From the NCBI RefSeq assembly GCF_036321535.1, contig NC_087436.1, forward strand, positions 23,438,001 through 23,502,000: 64,000 bases of DNA, written 5' to 3'. A model generated the notes under the pieces. It made no database searches, had not been told where the DNA came from, and was given only the letters and a program-made list of their open reading frames with translations. This document shows, piece after piece, positions 12,572 to 24,782 of this stretch. Position 1 is the first letter of the stretch. Each line of letters starts with the position of its first letter. A program made the translations under genes and the position numbers. The stretch comes from Camelus dromedarius (Eukaryota).

Positions 12572-13329
12572 CTGAATGAGAGAGTTAGTGTTTTCGGGCC
12601 AACAGTCACTGCCATCTGAGCGAGTTGCTCAGATGGTACATCAACTACATCTTATTTACAGAAAATTCTGTTTTTACACTCTTTTAAAGCAGAAGGGACA
12701 GGAATCCACTATAAGCTGAGGGACATTGTCATAGCATAAAGCTCAAGCCACTTAAAATTCTAAAAGAAAGAAGGCTAAGAAGCATTGTTGAAAATAATAT
12801 TCTTATAAACAAAGCTTTCTGAAGAGTTACCATGACCTTAGAGAAGCCCACTAACCTTGCCACAAAGAATGCAAATGAAAGCAAAATATTCACGTGGATG
12901 AACAAATTATAGTTGTCTTTTGTTTGCTAGGAAAAGATAGTGAAGATTCTCAGGAGGGATAAGAAAGGACAAACGTGTTTTAAAATGCAAGCTTTTTCAA
13001 ACAGCTTTTATGAATGTCAGGCTACCAGCAAGGACAGAACTACGCATGTGCACAGCCAAGTATCCTGAGCCAAAGTCATTAAGCTAACAATGAAACGTGT
13101 GTGTGGAGAAACAAGAGAACAATGATTAAATGGGAAAGAAAGCCAGTTAGGGCTGAAAAGAGGTGGCTGCTGGCTGTGTACATCCCAGGGAGGCCAGTGG
13201 AGGGAAGACCCGAGTCCCTCTAATGGAAGGGCTGCCAGGGAGGCTCACTGTTCTCCTGGACCATTCACATGGGCTGCCACCAAGCCCCTTCCGTTTCCAA
13301 CGTCAAATTCGAGGATTGAAAATGAACGC

Positions 13330-13846
13330 TAATGTCTTCTGTGAAAGCAAAACATGTCTTTCTGAAACAGCTTTGAGCAGAATCTGATTCTGATTCTGTG
13401 ATTGGAGTACGTATCATTTCCCATAGGGTCACTCAGAGCTTTTGGATCACTGAAACATTTGATTCCTAGGGTTGAGGAGGACAGCTGAAGCTGGCTCATC
13501 CAGTTGCCCTGCTCTGTTAGGGTTACCCTCCTTCTCGCTACACTCCAGATTCTCTTTTCAGGCTCAAAAAGAACCTTCAAAGTGTCTCTCCAGGGAACCC
13601 CAAGGGTCTCTAAGGACCCTCAAATTCTGAACAAAGCAGGCAGGAGGCCTTTGAGGGGAAGCGTGTCCAAAGTTGATCCAGTCCAACTAGGGCCTTTGTG
13701 AAATGAAGGTCCCTGTATTGGAAAATAGCCAGCTGGTCTCCTTCTCAACAGGAAAAGGACCTGGGAGAGTTCAGCGTCTCATTAGCTCATGAGCTCAAGT
13801 AAATCAAATTCACCCTTGATCCTTTGAATCTCCTCTGGATTTTCCT
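13330..13846 (-). pseudogene. RGS-like pseudogene: long exon remnant
   Basis: Branch point plus strong acceptor gctaatttttttt-ctAG|ag; ~170 codons with 3 internal stops (ENPEEIQRIKGEFDLLELMS**DAELSQVLF...). Phase matches the 14178 donor. 3' end uncertain. Confidence 0.45.
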
Positions 13847-14177
13847 CTAGAAAAAAAATTAGCACATTATGAAGGATTTCATATAAATTTGACAAAAAAA
13901 TTCCTACTCTTTTTGTTGTTAATCTAATAAAAAACACTGCTGATACAAGGAAACTGATGGATGGTTTTGTCTTTTAAAGGAAGTCAAAATATTAATACTT
14001 ATGTTTTGATGAGAAAATCAGAGAACACTCTAGATTACTGAAAACATTTTGATGCTGCCCTAATATTCCATTTCTTAAGCTTGTTTATTAAAACTAGTTC
14101 TTGCACTATGGTAGACTGTTTATTTCAGGTAAGTGGATTTCCTCTGACTGAAGCTTTTTCATAGAAAGAGCACTTAC

Positions 14178-15168
14178 AGTTTCTAGCAATACATTAGTGA
14201 CCCCGGAGCCATTGCGCTCTCAGAAGTGACTGGGAAGCAGAGTTAATCTCCTTTTTCTCGTTGAATCTCTTCTGCTAAGTCTCTAAGGCATTTTGCTGGG
14301 CCAGGGAGGTATGCCTAATGCCACTGTCCACATTATCTTCAGTTTACAGGAACAGATATTTCACTTGGCCAATGTCATTATCTATACTTCTGTGGATCCC
14401 AAATGCCAATTAAGATTTGCTGAAACTTTCTGTCGTTGCTGATGCAATGAATACACTTGTTCAATCCACTAAGAACAAAAATATTTCCATCATACTAGAG
14501 GTGATCTCTTTTGATATCTCTAAGGATGTCTGAATAATCTTCTGAATTAATATCCATGGCCGGATTCATCAGAGGGTGTCAACTGAGATGACGCAGGAGC
14601 CACTCCACTCTCCCTGCCCAGCACACACCCTCGCCTAATCCTTGTATAGTTAATTTAATGATGCCTCCACTCCAGGACACTCGTCAGCACCGCATCCTCC
14701 CACGAGGTCCAGTGTACCCAGGAAAGCCATTACCAGCATTGCAGGGGACACTCTGGAGCATGGTGCTGGCTGCAAACACAGGCTCCATTCAGCAACAGAA
14801 AAGAAAAACCTGCACCCTTTTCGTGGACAAACTCCTGCTGTGGCTCAGTGTGTCTCCCAGCTGGGGAGCCACGAGTCTTTTTCCTTCTTTAGCCCGAATA
14901 ATAATGGAGGGTAAGATGAAAAGGAACACAGACCGTTGATACCTTTTACTTGGAGTGCTAACTAATGCAGGTCCTCGTGTCTGATCTTCCACTGGGCTGA
15001 GGGGATGGCAGATGGCCTTCTGAAAGCTCTTCAAACCCAGACTGCTTTCAGCAGGGCACGAGGCGGGTATTGTTCCATTTTCCGTATAGTGGTAGGAAGC
15101 GGCATCAAATAAAAGCACAAACAATTGCGCCACTTCTCCGGGAGGCTTATTACAACCTTCCAGTGAGG
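14178..15168 (-). pseudogene. RGS-like pseudogene: long exon remnant with AGNxF and AQ motifs
   Basis: One frame runs from ~15168 to ~14385 (~260 codons) with only 4 internal stops by my reading. It includes MLQSVPCNAGNGFPGY (cf. RGSL1 ALCADACAGNPFRDHL). After a shift: SLAQQNALET*QKRFNE. Strong donor act|GTaagt at 14178. Acceptor not fixed. Confidence 0.5.
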
Positions 15169-16139
15169 GCTAATTGGCTGATGCCAAAAGCAGATGCAGA
15201 AGCAGCTTTGAATATTATTCAGGAGAGGTTTTAGAGAGCAGAGTCAGGAAGGAGGCATAATGGAGGACAGTGATGGGAAGAACATCAGCGGGGAAGAGGT
15301 GAGGGCCAGGATGAAGAGGAAAAAGAGGAGCTGTACTATTTGTATCAGAAAAGAATCACGTTCTTGTTTAAAGAGTCTGTTCACACCCACCTCCCTCTTC
15401 TATCACAAGCCTTTTTATCAGGAGGACGTCAAGAGTCCCTCCCGGCTTACAGAGAGGCATCCACAGGACACTGCCGTTACCATGACAACTGATGTGGCCA
15501 AATCTTGGAGCCTTTTAGGAAACTTTTGTGTGATCTCCTTGAAGTGGGTAGAAGAGGAACTAAAACGTACTGAATATTCACTGTAGGCCAGGCTGGTTCA
15601 AGAAGCTGCCTTTATTATTTCATTTAATCTCAAGACAATTCTGAGACATATTCTTATGATGGTTTTGCAGCTGAGGAAACTGAGGCTCAAGGATGTTAAA
15701 TAACTTACTCAAAGTCTAACAGATTCAAATCTAAGCATTTCTGACTCAAAGCCCTTTCTGCCTCACTACCCTGAGCCAGTTCTCCAAATAGCCAGGTCCT
15801 GTCTACTACCTGGCATGTGATAGTATAATAACTCAATAAATGTTAACTTATAATAATAGTATATATAATATTATGATAACTCAATAAATGTTTTCTGAAA
15901 GCAGAACTGACTGACCCAGGAGTGGATATGGGAAAGAAACTCTACAAACTAGAAATAACTTAGGAAAGCTGACCCTAAAGTTGATTCTCATCTAGGGGCC
16001 AGCCTGCCTAACTGGCCCTCATCCCAATATATACACAGACTCAATCAGAATTCTTTGGGGAAAATGGTTTTAGTGTCTGTTAGTTGCCAGACATTTGGCT
16101 AGGTGTCAGAGTGCAGACATTTTAAAACCCAGGTTGCAT

Positions 16140-16980
16140 CTTCTCGCAGCTCACAGTCTTCTTAGGTGGGGTTGAGAGGGGTACCCATATACAAGTGTAA
16201 CATGCTGTGAAAAAAATATAGATAGAGATAAGTTTGGAGTTCTCAGGAAGGAGAAAGGAAACCTAACTCAGCTTGGGAAGGTCAAGAGATGCTTCCTAGA
16301 GGAGGTGATGCCTGAGTGGCTTCTTTAAGGATGAACAGGAATTAGCCAGGCAAGAAAAGGTGAGTGGTGTTATTCCAGGCAAAGAGCAGCACAAACAAAG
16401 TCCAAAGGCATGAAATAGACAGCATGTGGGTAGAACATTAAGTATTTCTTACTGAGGCCAAACTGTGTGGCAGGAAAGGACGCTAAAGAGACAGACAGAG
16501 CCAGGAAGAGGGAGACTTTAAATGCCACATTAGTGTCTGGGACTTCATCCAGCAGGGGATGCAAGGCTCTGATTATTCTCTGCAGGGAAAGGGTATGATA
16601 TGGTCAGTGTGGAGGAGAGATTTGAAGGGAGAAGAACTGAAAGAGGAAGAACAGTTGAGAGGTTGATGCTGTGGTTTATGTGGGAGATAGTGAGAACTTG
16701 ATCAGGGAAGTGATGACAGGGATGGAGAAAGCCAGATTGATCTGAGAAACATTTTCAAGGTCAAGTCAACAGGAATCAGTGATTGATTGGGTTGTGAGAA
16801 ATGAGAATAGGACAATGATGTGAATTTCTAGCTTAAGGACCTGGATGGTTGATAGGATCATTCATTAAAATTATGAGTCAGAAGTGGGAAGCAGATTAGG
16901 GGTGGGCACGGGGTAAGATGAGTTCATCTGACCCCGTACCTAGGTGTCTAGCAAGCAGTAGGATTATGAATCAGAAACTC
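16140..16980 (-). mobile_element. L2 LINE fragment
   Basis: gcttcctagaggaggtgatgcctgag...ttccaggcaaagagcagcac...; purine-rich antisense L2 pattern. Confidence 0.75.
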
Positions 16981-17583
16981 ATATAAAGACAAATGATAAA
17001 GATTTGAGAACAGAAATCTGAAAGTAGTTTCTCCTGCAGTTACACCTGTCCTGCACATGTGTTTTGTTTGGCTTCCATGATGTCATTTTTAAAATTAGGA
17101 TTAAGTGGAAAACATGGAAGAATCAGGAAGCTGCACCAAAAAAAATTGGTATTTTTGGTGTTGCTTGAGAATGCTGCTTATTTGCATTTCTCTTCTTCCA
17201 TGACAACAATCAGCTAGAAGGGGGAAGCAGCTTGGCTCTCTGAGCAGGACCCCTGCTCTCCAGGGGCCTCAGTCCTCACCTGGCCAGACCCCGGGCCCAG
17301 AGGGTCCACTTGGGTTGCCATTTCCTCATCACCATTGCTCTGGCGCCCTTCTCACAGTAGAGTTAAGAGAAAAGTAAACTGTTATTGTTCTCTTATCTTA
17401 ATCAAAAGTAGAAAATGAAATCCAGTCCAAGAGGACTGTGTGTTTCAAGGAAAATGGTGGCGAGAAATGAAGAATGTTCCCATATATTCGATGTGCAAAC
17501 AAAGCTTGTCCCTACTGAAAGAGTGAAACCTGAGGCACCATTGTGAAGAGTAATATCTGCTATATTTAAAAGATACATGATGA

Positions 17584-19478
17584 TTCACTATTTATTTGTA
17601 TCTTCTTTAATTTCTTTCATCAGTGTTTTGTAATTTTCAGGGCACAAGTTTAATATTCTTAAAATTTCCATCCTACCCAAAGCAATCTACACATTCAGTG
17701 CAGTTCCAACTAAAAACCCCACTGGGATCTCAATTCTTTACAGAAATAGAAAAAACAATTCTAAAATTCATATGAAACCATAGAATACCCCCAAATAGCC
17801 CAAAATATCTTGAGAGGAAAAAAAAAAAAAAAAAGAACAAAGCTAGAGGCATCACATTTCCTGATTTCAGTGTAATTAAAATATATTACAAAGCCATAGT
17901 AATTAAAACAGTGTGATGCTGACACAAAGACTTATAGACTACTGAAACAGAATATAGAGCCCAGAAATAAATCTATACATATAGGTCAACTGATCTTCAA
18001 CAGGGTGCCAAGCATACACAATTGGGAAAAGATAGGCTTTTTAATTAATGATGTTGGGAAAACTATCCACATACAAAAGAATGAAATTGGATCTTTATCT
18101 TACACCATACACAAAAATCAACTCAAAATGGATTAAAGACTTAAATGTAAGACCAGAAGCTATAAAAGTCCTAGAAGAAAATATAGAGGAAAAGCTTTGT
18201 GACATTGGTCTTGGCAATAATTTCACAGATATGACATCAAAAGCACAGGCAACAAAAGCAAAAACAGACAAGGAAGACTACATCAGACAAAAACACTTTT
18301 GCACAGGAAACAATCAAAATGGTATAATGGCAAACTACAGAATGGGAGAAAATATTTGTAAATGATATATCTGATATGAGGTTAATTTCCAAAATATATA
18401 AGGGGCATCTCAATAACCAAAAACCATTAATAACCCAATTAAGAATGGGCAAAAGACTTCAAAAGATATTTCATCAAAGAAGACATACAAATGGCCAACA
18501 GGTAAGTGAAAAGATGCTCACTGTGACTAGTCATCAGGGAAATGCAAATCGAAATCATAATGAGATATCACCTAACACTTGTTAGGATGGCTATCAAAAA
18601 AAAAAAAAGACAACAAGTGTTGACGAAGATATGGAGAAAATACAACCCTTTTACACTACTGGTAGGAATGTAAAATGGTACAGTCACTATGGAAAACAGT
18701 ATGGAAGTTCCTCAAAAAGTTATAAATGGAACTACCACATGATTAACAATCCCACTTCTGGATACTTATCCAAAAGAATTGAAATCAGGATCTTGAAGAA
18801 ATATTAGCACTCTCATATCCATTGCTACACTATTCACAATAGCTAAGATATAGAAACAACCTAAACGTCCATCAACGGATGAACAGATGAACAAAAATGT
18901 AGTATATACACGCAATGGAATATTATTCAGCCTTCAAAATGAAGTTCTGAAATATGCCACAACATGGATGAACCTGTGGACCTTATACTAAGTAAAATAA
19001 GCCAGTCATAGAAGGACAAACATTGTGGATTGCAACTTATATGAGGTATCTAAAATAGACTCATGGAAGCAAAGAACAAATGATGACTGCAGGGGCTGGT
19101 AGCAGTTGCTAATCAATGGCTATAAAATTTCAGGAATGTAAGATGATTAAGTTCTAGAGATCTGGTGTACAACATTGTGCCTGTGGTTAACAATACTGTA
19201 TTATACTGTACTATATTATACTGTACTGTATCCTGGGTTCAATCCCCAGTACCTCCATTAAATAAATAAATAAATAAATACATACATACATACATAAATA
19301 CATACATACATACATACATACATACATACATACATAAACAAACAAATCTAATTAACTCTCCTCCCCCCAAAAAAGCCTAAAAAAATTACTGTGTTGTTCA
19401 CTTAAAAATCTGTTAAGAAGGTAGATCTCATTTTAAGTGCTCTTACTGCATTAGTATACAATTTTTAAAAACTGAAAA
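17584..19478 (+). mobile_element. 5'-truncated L1 with short 5' inversion and 16-bp TSD
   Basis: ORF2 C-terminal frames (18048..18365 KLDLYLTPYTKINSKWIKDLNVRP). 17590-17650 is antisense L1. TSD aaaagatacatgatga at 17568-17583 and 19479-19494. Confidence 0.92.
19230..19385 (+). mobile_element. 5'-truncated camelid Vic-1-type SINE nested in the L1 3' UTR, with (TAAA/TACA)n expansion
   Basis: tcctgggttcaatccccagtacctcc...aaataaataaa...ctaattaactctcctcccccc; homologous to the full copy at 37744-37880. Confidence 0.85.
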
Positions 19479-20545
19479 AAAAGATACATGATGAAGGACC
19501 TAGGAAACTGAAAAAAGAATTGAAATGTCAATAGTTTGTTTGGGAAACTGAATGAAATACACATTCATAGACTGTTGCCTCTTTCCCACAAGTGCATGGC
19601 TTGGCCCTAAAGGTGTTTGAATTTACAAGCTCTGTTTTAGAGTCACTGGAATATAGTATAGGTGGTAGGAATGGAACTAAAGAGGAGTGGATGAGAGCAT
19701 CTGGAGCGTGTATCCAGAGAGAGGAGAAAAGCAGGCGAAGGGCAGAATCTTGGGGAAACGCTTGAGAGAAGGGGTTCCCAAAGGAGCCTGCGAACGACAA
19801 GGAGAGGTCAAAGGAGAACCTGAGAAGTGTGGCAGCACAGAGCCAGGGGATCAGAAACACAGGAAGGAAGGACAGATCGATACTATCAGATGTCTGTCCT
19901 GCACTGTGTGTCTCACCCAGAAGCAAGGCCAGGGCAGCCACAGGACAGCTTAGACCAGAGATTCCCAAACTACCTTAGTTCACAGTGCCCTTCATTTTAA
20001 GTAATTTTTTCACGGTGTTTCCAAGGCCAGGAGAAATACCAAACAGCTCTAAGAATTAAGTATTCAAGTTCAGACATCTTAATAAGTATTTGTATCCTTA
20101 AAACTTAGTAACCATTTGAAAAAACTATTTCATCTAAGCTGAAAGAAATTTCCGTCTCTTTTTAATTTCATTCTGAAATAAACCCACTCACTTACTTCAT
20201 AGGATATGTGTGCCTCTTGGGCATTTCACAACTTCCTCAGTCTTCTCAAACTGACACCCTTACTACCTGTTCTACGTTGATTTATACACAGAACTTGCTT
20301 TTTATCACACTAACCACAGGAAACCCAGCCTGGAAAGAGATGCCATTGAAAGAAGTGCAGCTCCATCTAATGTGAAATTATGAACAAGCTGTATTTATTT
20401 CATAATACTTTGTCTTCCTATTTTTATTAATCAAATACCAAGAACCTCTGATTAACAACAGGAAACCAGTACTATCACATCAAATCGATACAGTTGTCTA
20501 CAACAACCCCCCCCCCCAAATGGGGTGTCAGTTCTTTTCTGTTAC

Positions 20546-21456
20546 CAGAACGTGAATTTCCATTTGCCATCTTGGAATACTGAAACAGCACAAATTAGTG
20601 CTAGTGCCTCAGCCCACCTTGTTCCCATGCTGGACCATCCCATAAGGCCCCTGTGCCCTAAGATTATGTGATTCGGCCAACCAAGGATGAGGAAGTCTTG
20701 AGTGAGAGCAAGGAACCATCGGAGCCCTCGCTGGGCTGCCATGTCTCACCACCAACCCGCTTTACACATCCCAGTTTATTGTAAGCAAGCAACTTTGACG
20801 GAGTCCCATTCAAAACCATTGCCAACAGTGGATTGGACACCTGAATTCAAATCCCCGCCCTCCTCTGCTTTTGTCTGCCCTGGAAATGTGAGGGTGGCTG
20901 AGGATGAGATGTGGAGGGCAGAGCTGAGGCAGTGCCCAGGGCTGGAAGTGAGAGAGAGTAGTTATGGAAAGGCTCTTGCCCAGCTTCAGGCTTTCAGGCC
21001 CAGCCCACGTTTAGACGGAGAAAGAATCCTGGGCGGGGGCGACTTTGGAGCAAGCAAGCACCCTGTCTGAACTGCACCCGCCCACAGCATCTAAGGTTCC
21101 CCACGCCCATGTTCAGCACTCCTAACTCCTAGAAGCTAAGTAGCAGGTTTCCCTTGGTCTTTGTTTCTTTCGCTGCTGACTGCAGCTCTGTCGTTTTTCT
21201 ATAACACCCTGGTGAGAGCATGTTAAGACCAGCGGTATCCCACTTCTTCAACAGCCGCAGTACTTTGTACCTTTCCTCCTGTCAGAGAGCTGAAAATGCT
21301 CCTCTTTGTTTTTCAAAGCCCCTGAAGCATGTTTATGCGGTGCCAGGAGGGGAGGCTTAGCCCGGACGGGCTGGCAGTTGGTGCTAATTGTCTGGCCACA
21401 GTTTAGAAAGAGGCTTTTTGAATCTGAGCATTTAGGGAGAAAGTGAAGAAGCGTGG
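20546..21456 (-). pseudogene. Candidate long exon remnant downstream of the SCOC ATG exon
   Basis: Acceptor ctctttcatacAG|cc (phase 1); frame ATLLHFLPKCSDSKSLF...KYCGC*RSGIPLVLTCSHQGVIEKRQSCSQQRKKQRPRETCYLASRS*; possible donor ctg|GTaaca at 20546. Confidence 0.35.
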
Positions 21457-22245
21457 CTGTATGAAAGAGCAATTGATGTTAAATATTCATGCTCTGCTCT
21501 CTGTTAATCAAAATCAGTAACCCCCGTTGCTTAGCTGCAGTCTTGCTGGCTTCTTACTATGTATGATTGTGCTAAGGGAACTTGGATGCAAAACACTGCT
21601 GCCAACACACGCACACACACGCACACGCACACACGAGACGTGGGTGCTTATAGGTTTGAAGTGTTTCCAGTTAACATGTGACTCAGCATTGTCTGTTTTC
21701 TCTGGGATGTTGAATGAGCCATGTTACCCTTCCATCAGCATTTTAGAACCACTACTCTCCCTTTTTTTCCTTCTCTCATGTTGAATTCAGCAAACTTGGT
21801 CCTTGCTTAGAAACCAGACGTTTTCTGACATAATTTTAAAAGCAAATTGCAGCATATTCTTGTTCATTTTTCAGAAATGATCAAATTATTTCACAAAATA
21901 GGAAAAGAATGGACTGTAATTGAACAAATTATGGTAATAATAGCATAGGTTGTTTTAGCAACTTTAACGTCATGTCTCCAGAGCTTTTGTAAGTAAACAT
22001 TTTCTATTTGTCGACTTATTTTAAAAAGTAGAGAAAGTTTTACAATAATCACTCAATTTTAATGGAAAAAGAAAATAGCTCTTAAATGAAAACTTTTTGT
22101 TTTATTTTTGTAGTTATATTTTTTCAAGTTTTCTACAATGAGTATGATTTACCATATAATAAAAACAATAAAACTTATATTTTTTAAACAACTGCTGAGC
22201 AGTTGCTGAATTTTATGTTTCAGAATTCATCAGCTTCTTCCTTAC

Positions 22246-22315
22246 CTGGGTCGTCTGCAAGAGAAATGTTGGTGAAAGTACTATCCTCCTCTTGCTGTTT
22301 GCTGGACCCATCCAT
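22246..22315 (-). CDS. SCOC: SCOC (short coiled-coil protein), first coding exon of the long N-terminal isoform; whole exon 22246-22333
   Basis: Minus strand reads ...ttttctcactaacAG|gcctgaaaagtgaacaagATG GAT GGG TCC AGC AAA CAG CAA GAG GAG GAT AGT ACT TTC ACC AAC ATT TCT CTT GCA GAC GAC CCA G|GTaagg = MDGSSKQQEEDSTFTNISLADDP. This matches the recalled human SCOC N-terminus MDGSRKEEEEDSTFTNISLADDI-D. CDS part is 70 nt (23 codons + 1), phase-1 donor; strong acceptor and donor. Downstream SCOC exons not seen in the window. Confidence 0.92.
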
Positions 22316-22547
22316 CTTGTTCACTTTTCAGGCCTGTTAGTGAGAAAAATGAGGGCAGGGAAAAATGGCAGTCCTCTCATGTGATTGCCCTTGATAAATC
22401 ATTAATAAATGAGCGTCCATGCAGGTGCTATCTGATCCTTGCACTAGCCACCCTCTTCCTGCTTTCCACCTGAGGAGTTCTTACTGAATGTTGTGTTCCT
22501 CGCCGGAAATGGTTAGAGATCAAAGTTAAAGAGTTACAACCCTTTAC

Positions 22548-22660
22548 CTGAAGCTGTTGAGTTGCACTGCTGCTGTACTCTGGCTAGATGCCAAACCTTG
22601 CCTTCTTTCCAGTGTCAGTTTCCTTGGGCTGAATTGCCCAAGAGCATTGCCCCAAAAGCC
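22548..22660 (-). other. Candidate upstream (5' UTR) exon just before the SCOC ATG exon
   Basis: Acceptor-like ccaaccttatccAG|ggc at 22660 and donor cttcag|GTaaag at 22548; 214-nt intron to the SCOC ATG exon. May instead start at a TSS. Confidence 0.45.
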
Positions 22661-23799
22661 CTGGATAAGGTTGGGGGTAGAAGTTGAATTTTATATGATC
22701 AACATATCTTTTGGATGCCTACAATAAACTTCTTTGGGATTTGGGTCAGTGACCTAGCAGCATGACTTGGTCACCGAGCCTGTTTCCTGTCCTGTATCAG
22801 GATAAGTCTTTAGTAAGGATTAAACATGAATAACATGCACTTAATAAATGTCAGTTACAGTAATGACCACAGACAATCACACATATGTGAGAAAGTAAGA
22901 TTCTCTACATACTGAGCTCATCGGTGCCTTCTCATATTACTGTTTATATACTTCACAATGTGGAAGCTTGTTAAAATGCCAGGATCTCCCTTTTTATTTC
23001 TGGAGGAGCTAAAGGGAAGGGAAGTTGCCTTTGCCAGCCCTTAGGCCAAGGGCCCTTTGTTAGAGGAGGAAGCATTCTTTTACAACTATTTTTCTTGATC
23101 CCCTAGTCCCCATTTATATATACAGACAAACCCAAAACTGTTTTAGAATTTCACATCATCTTTCCTTTGGAGGGGGTGGGAATCAGCCAAATTTGGTGAA
23201 GAATTTTAAGCAGATATTAAAATTGAGTTACTACATGCTACATTCTACCCTAAGTACTTGATACATAGGATTTCTTTTTATTCATCTGAGTTCATTGCTG
23301 CCATATCAAGCAAAATGGATGTAAGCTGTTGGAAATCCTGAATGTTAACAATTAAATCCTAGGGAAGAATTCCCCCTAATTTTCCAATTATATCCTACAA
23401 ATATTGAGTGCCTATTCTGTACAAGCTGGAGACTTTGGAGGGTTCAAAGCAGGAGATAGTTATTGCTGTTAATAGGCTTATAAAAAGCTCAAAGGCAAGG
23501 GTCCTTGCAGTTTAGGTAAGGGTATAGAGTATACCTGGTTGGCAGATCTTGAAAGGCTTAGAGAAGGTGACATTTGAGATACATGATCAATGACAAGTGG
23601 CATCCAATAGGGAAAAGTGGCCAGGAGGTAAGTGCTTTCTCAGTGAGGGGGCATGGGCAAAGGCTCAGAGATGGGAAGCATTAGGTACTTTAGGAAACCA
23701 AGAGGGAAAGATACACGAAGCTAAGATGTAGGAGATAAGATGGCATGTGGCTTAAGGTAGTATGTAAGAGAGCTTTGAATGCCAGACTTTATTAGTTCA

Positions 23800-24180
23800 A
23801 GTCTTCTAAGTATCAGGCACTAAGGTGGGATTAAAAGGGTGAAAGAATACAGAGAGGGAACCAGGAAAGTTTAGGAGAGCCATCAAACCATAATGCAAGA
23901 CTGTCCCAGAGTGAAGACAAAGCAGGATGGAAAGTCCAGCTTGCCTTTCAGACTAAATTTCAACAAGGTTGTCAAAGAGTACTTGAGCCAAAATTAACCA
24001 TAAGAGGAGTCCTGTGCCTCTCAGGAATGGCCTTCCTGCAGTACTTAATTACTGGCTGGAGCAGCTGGTAGGAAGTGAGACCTTTGTGCAATGTGGTCAT
24101 GGATTTCAGAGCACAGCCTCTGGGCCCTTAGTCAGTTACACCAAAGTTGGAGGTCTACCAGGCACATGTTCATGGCCACC
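23800..24180. mobile_element. MaLR (MLT1-type) LTR
   Basis: gagagccatcaaaccataatgcaagactg...cttgagccaaa...agaggagtcctgtgcctc...catggccacca. Confidence 0.6.
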
Positions 24181-24269
24181 ATAGAAGCTGCTCATTCTAG
24201 CAACTTTCTGTATAATCATGAAAGCATAGAAACATCTCTCTTGCCTGATCCATCATCTATCAGTCCTAG

Positions 24270-24465
24270 AAATAATAGCACACACTTAAGTACTTACTAT
24301 GTGCTAGGAAACAATGCCATGAAATAAGCACTAATATTATTCTCATTTTAAAGATGAGGGAGCTGAGGCATGGAGAGAGATTAAATAGAAGACAGGCAGT
24401 GAAGTTAGTCTGGGATTGGAATCCAGGACCTCTGGATCCAGGGTCTATGCTCTTAACCACTGCAT
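24270..24465 (-). mobile_element. MIR SINE
   Basis: cattttaaagatgagggagctgaggcatggagaga...tgctcttaaccactg. Confidence 0.75.
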
Positions 24466-24782
24466 ACCCTGTCCCTGGCTAAGAGTTTAGAAATCAAAGG
24501 GTGCATTTGGTTCAAATTGTGTATTTTGGTTTTATTTTTGTTACTCATGGCCAATTTTCATTAGGATTAGCCTAGGCATTTGATTTTTTTTTCCTTCTTT
24601 CTAATTACCTTCAATTACCTTCTAATTACCTTCTCATGAAATATCTACCCTAATGGACAAGAGGATGAAAAGAGATTAAACTCAAGTCAGTCATCCTTGC
24701 TACCATTCCTGTAGTCTTTGGGCAAAGTTATGATGGAGAAGATGTTCTTTTAATTGGAGTGTAGAGTTATCTGTGGATTTAA

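Noticed and set aside
12856..13100. GYLAVHMRSSVLAGS motif and strong donor at 12856 as an extension of the 13846 exon
   Set aside because: T-rich, intron-like composition and phase mismatch; AGNGF in the 14178 block is the better match. Left unresolved.
14120..14135. Strong + strand donor (cag|GTaagt), possible antisense lncRNA exon
   Set aside because: Single site; an antisense transcript cannot be supported from sequence alone.
19528..19968. 146-aa and 88-aa overlapping ORFs
   Set aside because: Purine-rich L2-like repeat sequence; no coding signature.
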